Positions 19,161 through 28,689 are shown, counted from the stretch's first letter. The stretch: DNA of 64,000 nucleotides from Alphaproteobacteria bacterium (GCA_965221125.1 CBDCRW010000007.1:704001-768000); one strand, 5' to 3'. Notes: a model not told the origin generated them from the letters alone. Numbers and translations are program-made.

Positions 19161-20237
19161 ATGTCCTCTGGAAGTCCGGCAGCAAACGACCTGAACGCAG
19201 CGATCGGCGAGCGGATGCGCTCAGGCACGGTCTGGGCGCTGCCGGCGCGATGGTACGCCGACCCCGAGATCTACCAGGCCGAGCGCCGAAGCATCTTTTC
19301 GTCCCAGTGGCTCTGGATCGGTCGCGAGGCCGACGTGGACGAGCCGGGCCGATACCTGACCGCCACCCCCGCCGACTACCCGATCTTCGTCCGCCGCGCC
19401 GAGGACGGCGCGCTACACGGCTTCCACAATGTGTGCCGGCACCGGGCCTCGAAACTGCTCACCGAGCCGAGCGGGCACTGCCATGCCATCGAATGCCCGT
19501 ACCACGGCTGGCGCTACCGCGCCGACGGCGCGCTCGACCACGTGCCGCTCTTCGGCGAGGCGCCGGATTTCCCGAAGGGCGCGCTATCGCTCTTCCCCAT
19601 CTCCGTCGGTGTCTGGCGGGGCCTCGTCTTCGTGTGCCTGGAGCCGGAGGCGCCGCCGCTCATCGAGTGGCTCGGCCCCATCGAGGAGGCGGTCGAACGG
19701 ACCGCTCCGGCGCAGGCCGCGTTCGGGCGGAGCTTCGAATTCGTTATCGACTGCAACTGGAAGACCTATGTCGACAATTACCAGGAGGGGTATCACATCC
19801 CGCCGTTGCACCCCGGACTGCACCGCGATCTCGACTGGAAGCGCTACAGGGTCATCAATTTCGAGGGCGGCAGCCTTCACGACGGGCCGGCCAAGGGAGC
19901 CTCGAACCACCCCGGCGCCTTCGGCTGGCGTTTCCCCAATTTCGCGTTCAACTCGTACCCGGATGGGCTTTCGTACATGCGCATGGAGCCGGTCGGCCCG
20001 CGCCGGACACGTCTCGTCTATGACTATTGGAAGCCGGACTCGGTCAGCCAGGCGGACTTCGAGGCGACGTTGGAGTACGGCCTCCAGGTGTCGAAGGAGG
20101 ATCAATGGATCACGCCGATCATTCAGGAGAACTTAGAGGCCGGCGTGTACGAAGCGGGTCCGCTCAGCCCGCTTCACGAGAACGGCGTGCACTACTTTCA
20201 CGAGATGGTGCGGGAGGCCGTCGGCTCCGCAGCGTAA
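19161..20237 (+). CDS. Rieske non-heme iron oxygenase alpha subunit (choline/carnitine monooxygenase-like)
   Basis: NVCRHR...CPYHGW Rieske site, NWK.YVDNYQEGYHIPPLH and a distal ED motif. Confidence 0.9.
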   Translation: MSSGSPAANDLNAAIGERMRSGTVWALPARWYADPEIYQAERRSIFSSQWLWIGREADVDEPGRYLTATPADYPIFVRRAEDGALHGFHNVCRHRASKLLTEPSGHCHAIECPYHGWRYRADGALDHVPLFGEAPDFPKGALSLFPISVGVWRGLVFVCLEPEAPPLIEWLGPIEEAVERTAPAQAAFGRSFEFVIDCNWKTYVDNYQEGYHIPPLHPGLHRDLDWKRYRVINFEGGSLHDGPAKGASNHPGAFGWRFPNFAFNSYPDGLSYMRMEPVGPRRTRLVYDYWKPDSVSQADFEATLEYGLQVSKEDQWITPIIQENLEAGVYEAGPLSPLHENGVHYFHEMVREAVGSAA

Positions 20238-21349
20238 GGCGTCAGGCGCGCTCCATCCGCGTCACCTGGGGCGACGGCGCCACGGCGACCTTTCATCACC
20301 TCTGGCTTAGGGACAATTGCGGTTGCGGACAGTGCCGCCACCCCGACACGCTGGAGCGAATCCTCGACCCGCTCTCCGTTCCGTCCGACCTCGCCCCCGC
20401 GTCGGTCTCGATCACCGAGTCGGGCGGACTCCGGGTCGTTTGGCGGCCCGAAGGTCATGTGAGCGACTACGAGTCGGACTGGCTCAGGGGGCATCGCGGC
20501 GGGGCCCACGATCGTTCGCATTGCGGCCTGGCTCCGGTCATGTGGGGCGCCGAGCTCTCGAAGGCGATGCCGTGTGCTGACTATGGTGCCGTCACCGCGA
20601 GCGACGGTGCCCACTTGCAATGGCTTCGCTTGCTGCGCGATTCAGGTGTCGTCGTCCTGCGCGGCACGCCACGCGAGCCGCTGAGCGTCCTCGCCCTCGC
20701 GGGTCTGATCGGCCCTGCACGAGCGACCAATTTCGGCGAGCATTTCGATGTCGTCTCGAAGCCCGAGCCCAACAGCAACGCCTACACGGCGCTCGGGCTG
20801 CTCTGCCACACGGATCTGCCCAACTGGGAACGGCCGCCCGATTACCAGTTGCTGCATTGCCTCGAGAACGAGGCGGAGGGCGGCGACTCCATTCTGGTGG
20901 ACGGCTTCCGGGCGGCCGAGGAGTTGCGCCGGCGGGCGCCTGCCGCCTACCGGCTGCTGACGCGTTCTCCCATCGACTTCCGCTTCCAGGACGACGAGTC
21001 GGACATTCGCTTCCGCGCCCCGACCATCGCGCTGGACGAGGCCGGCACGGTCACCGAGGTGCGCTTCAATTTCGCTGTGATGGACGCGATCAATGCGCCG
21101 GCGGAGCGCATCGGTCCGATCTGCCGCGCGCTCCGCGCCTTCGCAACGGTGATCCGCGATCCGGCGCTGGAGTGCCGCTATCGCCTCAGTCCGGGCGAGC
21201 TGTTGATTTTCGACAACCGCCGGGTCCTGCACGGCCGCGCCGCGTTCGATCCCTCGACCGGCCGGCGGCATCTGCAGGGCTGCTACGTGGACCGGGATCA
21301 GCTTCTCAGCCGCATCCGCGTTCTGGAGCGATCGACACCGCTTCAGTGA
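20105..21349 (+). CDS. TauD-family gamma-butyrobetaine/trimethyllysine dioxygenase-like protein (start uncertain)
   Basis: WLRDNCGCGQCRH N-terminal Zn domain, HTD Fe ligands, FDNRRVLHGR and RHLQGCY. Confidence 0.85.
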   Translation: MDHADHSGELRGRRVRSGSAQPASRERRALLSRDGAGGRRLRSVRRQARSIRVTWGDGATATFHHLWLRDNCGCGQCRHPDTLERILDPLSVPSDLAPASVSITESGGLRVVWRPEGHVSDYESDWLRGHRGGAHDRSHCGLAPVMWGAELSKAMPCADYGAVTASDGAHLQWLRLLRDSGVVVLRGTPREPLSVLALAGLIGPARATNFGEHFDVVSKPEPNSNAYTALGLLCHTDLPNWERPPDYQLLHCLENEAEGGDSILVDGFRAAEELRRRAPAAYRLLTRSPIDFRFQDDESDIRFRAPTIALDEAGTVTEVRFNFAVMDAINAPAERIGPICRALRAFATVIRDPALECRYRLSPGELLIFDNRRVLHGRAAFDPSTGRRHLQGCYVDRDQLLSRIRVLERSTPLQ

Positions 21350-21370
21350 GGGCAGGGACGGGGCAGCGCC

Positions 21371-22336
21371 TCAGTTGAACTCGCGCTCAAGGGCCTCGGC
21401 GAGCTCGAAGATATCCACGCAGGCGCCGTGGTGGGCGACGTTGAAGATCGGCGCCTCCGGGTCGGTGTTCACCGCGATGATCGTGTCCACGTGCTTCATC
21501 CCGGCCAGGTGCTGAACCGCGCCCGAGATGCCGAGCGCCAGGTAGAGCGAGCAGTTGCCCGCAATGGTGCCCGACTGGCCGACCTGGTGGGCCTTGGGCA
21601 GCCAGCCCGAATCCGCCACTGGGCGCGAGCAGCCGAGCGTGGCGCCGAGCCGCTCCGCCAGCGCGGCGAACTGGGGCAGATTCTTGTCCTCGCCGAGGGC
21701 GCGGCCGACCGAGAGGATGAACTCCGCCTTGCCGATGTCCACGTCGGCCGGCGGGGCCGGCAGATAGTCGATATGGCGGCCGGCGCCAGCCACGGCCTCG
21801 AATTCGACCGCGAACGGCTCGACGCTCGCGATACCTGCCTCTTCCGGGGCCTTGAACGTCGCGCCCCGCAGCGTCAGCACGATCACGGGTTTTTCCGGGA
21901 AGGCCAGGTCCATGGAGACCTTGCCGCCGTAGCCGCTCCGGGTCGCCACCGGCTCGCCACCCTCCGCCGAAAGCCCGAACACGTCGGACGCGAAGCCTGA
22001 GCCGAGGCGCGCGGCAACCGCCGGACCGAAGGCCATGCCGGCCGCGGTATGGCCGATCAGCACTATCCGCACCTGCCTGTCCTCGGCGAGCGTGCAGACT
22101 GCCTCCTCGTACAAGGCGGGATCGAAATGCGAATCGGGCTGTGCCACCGTCACGATCTGGTCCACGCCCGCGCGATTGGCGGCGTCGGCGAGCGCGTCCG
22201 CCTCTCGCCCGATGACGAGGACGGTCAACGGCCCGCCGATGCCCTTCTTGACCGCAGCGGCAGCGCCGATCATCTCCAGCGTCACGTCGCGCATGGTGCC
22301 GTCGAAATGCTCGGCGACGACGAGGATGCCGGCCAT
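21371..22336 (-). CDS. etfA: Electron transfer flavoprotein alpha subunit
   Basis: SRPVADSGW, QVGQSG, GISGAVQHLAGM and AVNTDPEAPIF. Confidence 0.93.
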   Translation of the reverse strand: MAGILVVAEHFDGTMRDVTLEMIGAAAAVKKGIGGPLTVLVIGREADALADAANRAGVDQIVTVAQPDSHFDPALYEEAVCTLAEDRQVRIVLIGHTAAGMAFGPAVAARLGSGFASDVFGLSAEGGEPVATRSGYGGKVSMDLAFPEKPVIVLTLRGATFKAPEEAGIASVEPFAVEFEAVAGAGRHIDYLPAPPADVDIGKAEFILSVGRALGEDKNLPQFAALAERLGATLGCSRPVADSGWLPKAHQVGQSGTIAGNCSLYLALGISGAVQHLAGMKHVDTIIAVNTDPEAPIFNVAHHGACVDIFELAEALEREFN

Positions 22337-25300
22337 CACGTCTCTCCCCGCTTGTCTCGAATGATCCCGGCGATGGCCGTGGCGACCGCCGCCGCGTCGC
22401 CCTCGATCATCGCCGCGCGCCCGGTTTTGGGCGGCTCGTACAGCTGGCGCACCACGGCCCCCGCCTGATCGAGGCCCACGCCGGCGCCGTCCACCACGGC
22501 GATGGGCTTCTTTCTGGCCTGCTTGATCATGCGCATGGTGGCGTAGCGCGGCGTGCTGCCGCCGGTCTGCACCGTGAGCAGCGCCGGCGCCGGCAACGAA
22601 AGCTGCTGGCGCATGCCGCCTTCGAGCTCGCGGGTGACGGTCATCGCGTCCCCGCCGTCCCACTCGATTCCGAGAACGACGGCCGCATGCGGCAGGCCGA
22701 GAATGCGCGCCAGCGCCGAGCCCGTGGCGCCGTGGCCCAGATCGGCGGACTGCGCGCCGGTCAGCACCATATCCGGCGACTCCTGCGCAGCGACCCCCGC
22801 GAGCACGCGGGCGATGGTCACCGGGTCGGCGTCGCGCAGGCTCTCGTCCCACACCCGGACTCCCCGGTGAGCACCCTTGGCGAGCGCGCGACGGAGAGTG
22901 TCCTCGGCATCCTCGGGGCCGACGGTGACGGCGACGACCTCGCCAGCGCCGAGCCCTTCCGTCAGCAGCAGCGCTTCCTCCAGCGCCGCCTCGTCCCACT
23001 CGTTCAGCTCGTGCTCGAAATGCTCGTCCGCGATCGTGTTCGCGTCCTCGTCGATGGCGAACTCGGGGTTCAGCTCGCCCACCCGCTTGACCGCGACGAG
23101 CACCCTCGGCCCGTCCTTCTCCGGCACTTCGTAAGGAGGCAGGGTCGCCGCGCTCACCGGCGCCGCGCGCCAGGGACCGGCGGCGGGCGCTGCTTCCGCC
23201 TGCTCGACGGCCGGCTCCGCAGCGTCCACCGCAGGCGCCGGCCGTTGCGAAGCGGCAGCGGCGAGCGTGGGCGCCCGCTCGACAAGTTCGCTCACCACGC
23301 GCTCGGTCACGGCATCGGCGAGCCGGTCGGCCAGCCGGTCCGCCACGGCATCGGCAATGCGCACCGCCGCGGCCTCGGTGATGCGATCGACGAGCGCCGG
23401 CACCTCCTTGAGGTCGATGCTCTTCAGGTCGATCGCCTCGGCCACCAGCTCCGCCAGGTCCTGGACGACGAAGTCGTCCTCGTGGCCGCTGGTCTTGCGG
23501 GCGTCCTCGAACATGGTCATGTCCTTGGGGCAGCAAACGACGAAGGTGTCGAGATTACCGAGAGACGCCGCCTCGTGCATCCTGTTCTCGGCGGGCCGCT
23601 CCTTGCCCACCGGATCGGGCATCCAGATGCGCCCGCCGCCGGCGCCGCAGCAGAACGAGTTGTCGCGGCAGCGCGGCATGTCCACCAGCTCGCAGCCGAT
23701 CAACTCCAGCACCCGGCGGGGCTCGTCGTAATGGCCGTTGAACCTGCCGAGATGGCAGGGGTCGTGGAGCGTCACCCGTAGCCCGAGGGGCTTCACGACG
23801 GTAAGCCGCCCGCTCTCCAGCAATTCCGCGAGGACGCTCGTGTAGTGGCGGATCGGCGCGGTCTCGCCGAAGTCGGGATACTCGTTGCGGATGGTGTTGT
23901 AGCTGTGGGGGTCCGTGGTGACGATCGCGTCGAATTGCTCCGCGGCCGCCATCGCTTCCAGGTTGTGTTCCGCCAGCGATTCGAAGAGGCCTTCCTCGCC
24001 GACCCGGCGCACGTCGTTGCCGGCGGTCCGCTCGCTCTCGTAGAGCAGGCCGAAGTCGAGGCCGGCCGTGCGGAAGAGACGCGCGACCGTGCGCGAAACA
24101 TCCTGGTTGCGGGGATCGTAGGATGCGTAGTCGCCCACGAACCAGAGGTTTTCCGCCGCCTCCGCGCGGACGTCCTTGACCGGGAACTCAAGCGCCGCGG
24201 TCCACCCGCCGCGGCTGCGCGGGCTTTCGCCAAAGCTGTTGCCGCGATTGGCGATCATGTCGAGGGTGTCGCGGAGCTGCTGCTCCATGTCGCCGTCCTC
24301 GACGAGCTGGCGCCGCATCTGCACGATCATCGGCGGATGCTCGATGCCGACCGGGCAGATTTCCATGCAGGCGCCGCAGGAGCGGCAGGACCAGAGCGTC
24401 TCCGCCTCGATCACGTCGCCGATCAGCGATGCGCCGTTCGCCCCCGGCCTGAAGGCGCTCCGCGCGGCGTGGGAGCGCAGGTCGAGGATCAGGTCGCGCG
24501 GGCTGAGCGGCGCACCGCTCGCGGTTGCCGGGCAGGCCTCGTGGCAGCGGCCGCACTTGGTGCAGGCGTCGAGGTTGAGCAGGTCCTTCCACGAGAACTG
24601 CCCGATGCTGCCGAACCCCACGTCGGGCTCGGCGTCCTCCGCGCCGCCGGCGAGGGCCGGCTTGGGCAGGCGGCGGAGGGCCAGGGCGTCGCGCGTGGAA
24701 AGCGAGCCGAGCACGGCGATGATATGCTTCGCCTTGGTCCAGGGGATCGCCGCGATGAACGCCAGCGCCGCGATGCCGTGGATCCACCAGTTGGCCCGGC
24801 GCACGGCGGCGGCGCCCGCTTCGTCCATGCCGAGGCCCAGGAAAATCTCGGCGAGCACCCAGCCGACCGGCGACCACGCCCCCCAGGCCGGCTGATCCAT
24901 GGCGAGCCGCACGCCCTCCTGCAGGAAGCCGGTGACACCGATCAGCAGCAGCGCCCAGAGGAACAGCGCGTCGTCGCGGAGCCAGGCGCGGGCGCGGGGC
25001 CGCTCCTCGGTCTCGCCGCGGTACTCCCGCTTGTAGTCCAGCTTGGCGGGCCGGACCTGCCAGCGCCGCCACATCATGTAGACGCAGCCCACGATCAGCC
25101 CGAGGCCGGCAAGATCGGCGATCAGGCTGAAGACGAGATAGAAGGTGCCGTGCCAGAAGGTGAAGCCGAAGAAAGGCTCCGAAATGTCGTACTCGACCGT
25201 GATGATGCTGGTCGCGGCGAGCAGCAGGAGAAAGCCGTACATGATCGGCGTGTGCGCGTGGCCTGCGGCGCGGTCGCGCCGGTGCACGGTCCGCTGCGAG

Positions 25301-25491
25301 AAGACGTCGAACACCATGCGCCAGAAGCCGCGCCAGGGATGCACCGGGACCGGGCTGCGCCGCGCCCGCGCGTAGCGCCAGACGTGCCAGGCGACGCCGG
25401 CTGCGGCCACCGCCATCGCCGCCCCTGCGACGACGAAGAAGAGCGTGTGACCGAGGGAGGTGATCTCCCAGAAGAGCTCGCGGGTCTCCAC
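22336..25491 (-). CDS. Membrane-bound Fe-S/CCG-domain oxidoreductase (FadF/EtfD-like) fused to an ETF beta subunit
   Basis: N-terminal TM domain; CTKCGRCHEACP and CRSCGACMEICP; HDPCHLGR and CCGAGGG; C-terminal EtfB motifs (LNEWDEAALEEAL, ALAKGA, GAQSAD, PRYAT). Single reading frame of 1051 aa. Confidence 0.88.
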   Translation of the reverse strand: METRELFWEITSLGHTLFFVVAGAAMAVAAAGVAWHVWRYARARRSPVPVHPWRGFWRMVFDVFSQRTVHRRDRAAGHAHTPIMYGFLLLLAATSIITVEYDISEPFFGFTFWHGTFYLVFSLIADLAGLGLIVGCVYMMWRRWQVRPAKLDYKREYRGETEERPRARAWLRDDALFLWALLLIGVTGFLQEGVRLAMDQPAWGAWSPVGWVLAEIFLGLGMDEAGAAAVRRANWWIHGIAALAFIAAIPWTKAKHIIAVLGSLSTRDALALRRLPKPALAGGAEDAEPDVGFGSIGQFSWKDLLNLDACTKCGRCHEACPATASGAPLSPRDLILDLRSHAARSAFRPGANGASLIGDVIEAETLWSCRSCGACMEICPVGIEHPPMIVQMRRQLVEDGDMEQQLRDTLDMIANRGNSFGESPRSRGGWTAALEFPVKDVRAEAAENLWFVGDYASYDPRNQDVSRTVARLFRTAGLDFGLLYESERTAGNDVRRVGEEGLFESLAEHNLEAMAAAEQFDAIVTTDPHSYNTIRNEYPDFGETAPIRHYTSVLAELLESGRLTVVKPLGLRVTLHDPCHLGRFNGHYDEPRRVLELIGCELVDMPRCRDNSFCCGAGGGRIWMPDPVGKERPAENRMHEAASLGNLDTFVVCCPKDMTMFEDARKTSGHEDDFVVQDLAELVAEAIDLKSIDLKEVPALVDRITEAAAVRIADAVADRLADRLADAVTERVVSELVERAPTLAAAASQRPAPAVDAAEPAVEQAEAAPAAGPWRAAPVSAATLPPYEVPEKDGPRVLVAVKRVGELNPEFAIDEDANTIADEHFEHELNEWDEAALEEALLLTEGLGAGEVVAVTVGPEDAEDTLRRALAKGAHRGVRVWDESLRDADPVTIARVLAGVAAQESPDMVLTGAQSADLGHGATGSALARILGLPHAAVVLGIEWDGGDAMTVTRELEGGMRQQLSLPAPALLTVQTGGSTPRYATMRMIKQARKKPIAVVDGAGVGLDQAGAVVRQLYEPPKTGRAAMIEGDAAAVATAIAGIIRDKRGET

Positions 25492-25522
25492 AGCCTCACC
25501 CGGCCTTCATGAGGCCTGACCG

Positions 25523-26230
25523 CTAACCGCCGAGGTACACCTTGCGGACGTGCTGGTCGTCGCGAATCCGCTCGGCCTCGCCTTCCAGCGCGACGCGGCC
25601 GGTTTCCAGCACGTAGGCATAGCGCGCGAGCTTGAGCGCGAGCTCCGCGTTCTGCTCGACCAGCACGACGGGCACGCCCCGCGCGTTGATGTCGACGACG
25701 ATCCTGGCGATCTCCTGCACCATCACGGGGGAGAGGCCCAGGGAAGGCTCGTCGAGCAGCAGCAGCTTCGGCCGCGCCATCAGCGCCCGGCCGATCGCCA
25801 GCATCTGCTGCTCGCCGCCGGAGAGCGTCTTGCCGTACTGGGTGCGCCGCTCCTTGAGCCGGGGGAAGCGCTCATAGACGGCTTCCAGGTCCTGCTTGAT
25901 CCCGTCCTTGTCGCGCCTGAGGAACGCGCCCGTGTTCAGGTTCTCGAAGACCGTGAGCTCGGGAAAGACATGCCGGCCCTCGGGCACGTGCGCGATGCCG
26001 CGCTTCACCACTTCGTCAGGCGGCAGCGAGTCGATGCGCGCACCGTCGAACCAGATCTCGCCCTTGCTCGCGCGCACCAGGCCCGAGACGGTACGCAGCG
26101 TCGTGCTCTTGCCGGCGCCGTTTGCGCCGATCAGGGTCACGATGTCGCCCTCGCCGACCTCCATCGAGACCGCGCGCAGCGCCGTCACCTTGTTGTAGTG
26201 GACGGTCAGCGACTTGATCTGGAAGAGCAT
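25523..26230 (-). CDS. livF: Branched-chain amino acid-type ABC ATPase (LivF-like)
   Basis: GANGAGKS, VPEGRHVF, LSGGEQQML, DEPSLGL. Confidence 0.9.
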   Translation of the reverse strand: MLFQIKSLTVHYNKVTALRAVSMEVGEGDIVTLIGANGAGKSTTLRTVSGLVRASKGEIWFDGARIDSLPPDEVVKRGIAHVPEGRHVFPELTVFENLNTGAFLRRDKDGIKQDLEAVYERFPRLKERRTQYGKTLSGGEQQMLAIGRALMARPKLLLLDEPSLGLSPVMVQEIARIVVDINARGVPVVLVEQNAELALKLARYAYVLETGRVALEGEAERIRDDQHVRKVYLGG

Positions 26231-26983
26231 TCAGGCCGTCCCCAGGTAGGCTTCGATCACGGCTGGGTCGGCGCGGATTTCCTCGGGCGTGCCTTCCGCC
26301 AGCAGTTCGCCGAAGCTCAGCACCGTGATCTGGTCGCACAGTCCCATGACCGCCTGCATGTCGTGCTCGACCAGCAGGATGGTGACGCCCTGGCCGCGCA
26401 CGCGCTCCACCAGCACCATCATCTGCCGCGTCTCTTCAGGGTTCATGCCGGTAAAGGGCTCGTCGAGCAGGATCAGCTTGGGCTCGGCGGCGAGCGCCAC
26501 CGCAATGCCGAGCGCCCGCTGGTGGCCGTGCGGCAGGTTGACCGTCTCGTCGTCCTGGCGATCGCCCAGGCCCATGAACGCGAGTATTTCCTTTGCGCGC
26601 GCTTCCGATTCTCGTTCGGCGCCCCGGCTGGTGCCGAGCAGCGCGCTGAACGGCCCGACGTGGGACTGCATGTGGCAGCCGATCAGGACGTTCTCCAGAA
26701 CGGTGAGCTCCTGGAAGAGCGTGGTGGCCTGAAACGTGCGAACCACGCCCCGCGCCGCGATCCGGCTCGGGCGCAAGCCCGAAATCTTGCGGCCGCCGAA
26801 CACGATGTCGCCGGCGGTCGGCTTGTAGTAGCCGCTGATGACGTTGAAGGTCGTGGTCTTGCCGGCGCCGTTCGGGCCGATCAACCCGTGAATCTGCCCC
26901 TCGTCGACGGTGAACGAGAGGTTATTCACCGCGGCGAGACCGCCGAAATGCCGTGACAGTTCGCGGACTTCGAGCAAGCTCAT
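26231..26983 (-). CDS. livG: Branched-chain amino acid-type ABC ATPase (LivG-like)
   Basis: GPNGAGKT, RTFQ, EHDM and VIEAYLG. Confidence 0.9.
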   Translation of the reverse strand: MSLLEVRELSRHFGGLAAVNNLSFTVDEGQIHGLIGPNGAGKTTTFNVISGYYKPTAGDIVFGGRKISGLRPSRIAARGVVRTFQATTLFQELTVLENVLIGCHMQSHVGPFSALLGTSRGAERESEARAKEILAFMGLGDRQDDETVNLPHGHQRALGIAVALAAEPKLILLDEPFTGMNPEETRQMMVLVERVRGQGVTILLVEHDMQAVMGLCDQITVLSFGELLAEGTPEEIRADPAVIEAYLGTA

Positions 26984-27098
26984 GGGCGCCGGTCGGACTC
27001 GCTATCGTGACGCGGGGAAGCCTAACCCCGCGCCGCTCGCCACGCCACAAGAGATCGCTGCGCGCAACGATGCGGCTTGGCGATGCGGGCGGGTTCGC

Positions 27099-28301
27099 TC
27101 AGGAGCCGGCTGCTGCCCGCAGGGCCTGCTCCAGATCGGACTGCAGATCGGTCTCCGCTTCGAGCCCGACCGAGAGGCGGACGAGGCCATCGCCGATCTC
27201 GAGTTCGGCGCGGGCTGCGGCGCCGATCTTCTGATGCGTGGTGCTGGCAGGGTGGGTGGCGAGGCTCTTGGCGTCGCCCAGGTTGTTCGAAATGTCGATC
27301 AGTTCAAGCGAATCGAGAAAGCGGAAGGCGGCGTCCCACCCGCCGGCAAGGTCGAACGCGATGACGCTGCCGCCCCGGCTCATCTGCTTCGCCGCGAGGG
27401 CGTGCTGAGGGTGGCTCGGCAGGCCCGGATAGTGAACGGCCGCGACGGCTGGGTGGCTCTCAAGGAACGCCGCCAGTTGCGCCGCGGTCTCGCACATGCG
27501 CGCGGTGCGAAGCTCCAGCGTCTCGAGCCCCTTGAGCATGACCCAGGCGTTGAAGGGGCTCATGACCGGGCCCGTGGTGCGCATGAAGGGCACGAGGTCG
27601 CTGGCGAAGAATTCGTCGTCACCCAGGATGGCGCCGCCTAGGGCGCGGCCCTGGCCGTCGATATGCTTGGTCGTCGAATAGACGACGATGTCGGCGCCGA
27701 GGGCGAGGGGGCGCTGGACCATGGGCATGCCGAGCACGTTGTCCACGACGACGCGCGCGCCGACGCGATGCGCCAGCTCTGAGACCGCTGCGATGTCCAC
27801 GATCGCCATGGTCGGGTTGCCGGGGCTCTCGAGAAAGACGCAGCGGGTCTCCGGCCTCAGCGCGCGCTCCCATGCGCGCAAGTCGGTGCCGTCCACGAGA
27901 TCGGTCTCGATGCCGTAGCGCGGCAGCAACTGGTCGATCACCACGTAGCACGCGCCGAACATGACCCGGGATGCGACCACGTGGTCGCCGGCGCGCAGCT
28001 GGCACATGAGCGATGCGAAGACCGCCGCCATGCCGGTCGCCGTCGCCTGGCAGGCGTCCGCGCCCTCGATCAGGGCGAGACGGTCCTCGAACATGGTGAC
28101 GGTCGGGTTGCCGAAGCGGCCGTAGACGTAGCCGTCCTCCTCGTCCGCCGTGCGCGCGTTGCCCTGCGCCGCCGTGTCGTAGACGAAGCCCGAGGTCAGG
28201 TAGAGCGCCTCGTTGGTCTCTCCGTGGTGCGAGCGCTCGGTTCCGCCCCGCACCAATTGGGTCGCGGGTGCCCACGCCCGCTCGCGTTCCTTTCGTCCCA
28301 T
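27099..28301 (-). CDS. metZ: O-succinylhomoserine sulfhydrylase
   Basis: YGRFGNPT, ESPGNPT, YSTTKHIDGQGR (PLP lysine) and SNNLGDAKSL; preceded by a SAM-II riboswitch. Confidence 0.92.
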   Translation of the reverse strand: MGRKERERAWAPATQLVRGGTERSHHGETNEALYLTSGFVYDTAAQGNARTADEEDGYVYGRFGNPTVTMFEDRLALIEGADACQATATGMAAVFASLMCQLRAGDHVVASRVMFGACYVVIDQLLPRYGIETDLVDGTDLRAWERALRPETRCVFLESPGNPTMAIVDIAAVSELAHRVGARVVVDNVLGMPMVQRPLALGADIVVYSTTKHIDGQGRALGGAILGDDEFFASDLVPFMRTTGPVMSPFNAWVMLKGLETLELRTARMCETAAQLAAFLESHPAVAAVHYPGLPSHPQHALAAKQMSRGGSVIAFDLAGGWDAAFRFLDSLELIDISNNLGDAKSLATHPASTTHQKIGAAARAELEIGDGLVRLSVGLEAETDLQSDLEQALRAAAGS

Positions 28302-28305
28302 ACGC

Positions 28306-28333
28306 AAAAACCCCGGCCGCGCCGGCCGGGGTT
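28306..28333 (-). terminator. Intrinsic terminator-like hairpin in the metZ leader
   Basis: Minus strand AACCCCGGCCG-GCG-CGGCCGGGGTT continuing into a T5 run that ends just before the ATG. Confidence 0.65.
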
Positions 28334-28341
28334 CCCTCCCT

Positions 28342-28400
28342 TCGACCTTTTAGCGCGCTTGTTTAGCGTGGCCGCAAGCCGGTCGCTCAAATCGCCACGT
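28342..28400 (-). ncRNA. SAM-II (SAM-alpha) riboswitch
   Basis: Minus strand GTGGCGATTTG...CTTGCGGCCACGCTAAACAAG.GCGCTAAA fits the SAM-alpha consensus and lies upstream of metZ. Confidence 0.88.
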
Positions 28401-28530
28401 ACTCGAACTAGAGACTACGGAAGGGCGCGCGTCAAGGCATCTTCTTGTCCGGCAGTCGCGCCGGCAGGCGCGCGGAATCGCAGTCACGCGGAATCGCAGG
28501 ACGGCCGGCTGCCGCGAGCGACAAATGCGC

Positions 28531-28561
28531 AGAGCGTTTCCGTGCAAAACGGAAACGCTCT
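28531..28561. repeat. Perfect 13-bp inverted repeat with a 5-nt spacer
   Basis: AGAGCGTTTCCGT-GCAAA-ACGGAAACGCTCT. Confidence 0.9.
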
Positions 28562-28612
28562 ATAGTGCGCGCGGCCCGGCGGCGGCGGTACGCTGTCGCA
28601 GCCTGGGCCGGT

Positions 28613-28689
<77 letters not shown>

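Noticed and set aside
21371-23536. 721-aa ORF suggesting a long N-terminal extension on EtfA
   Set aside because: The extension is an alternate frame of the fusion gene. The ATG at 22336 has an RBS and abuts the upstream stop.
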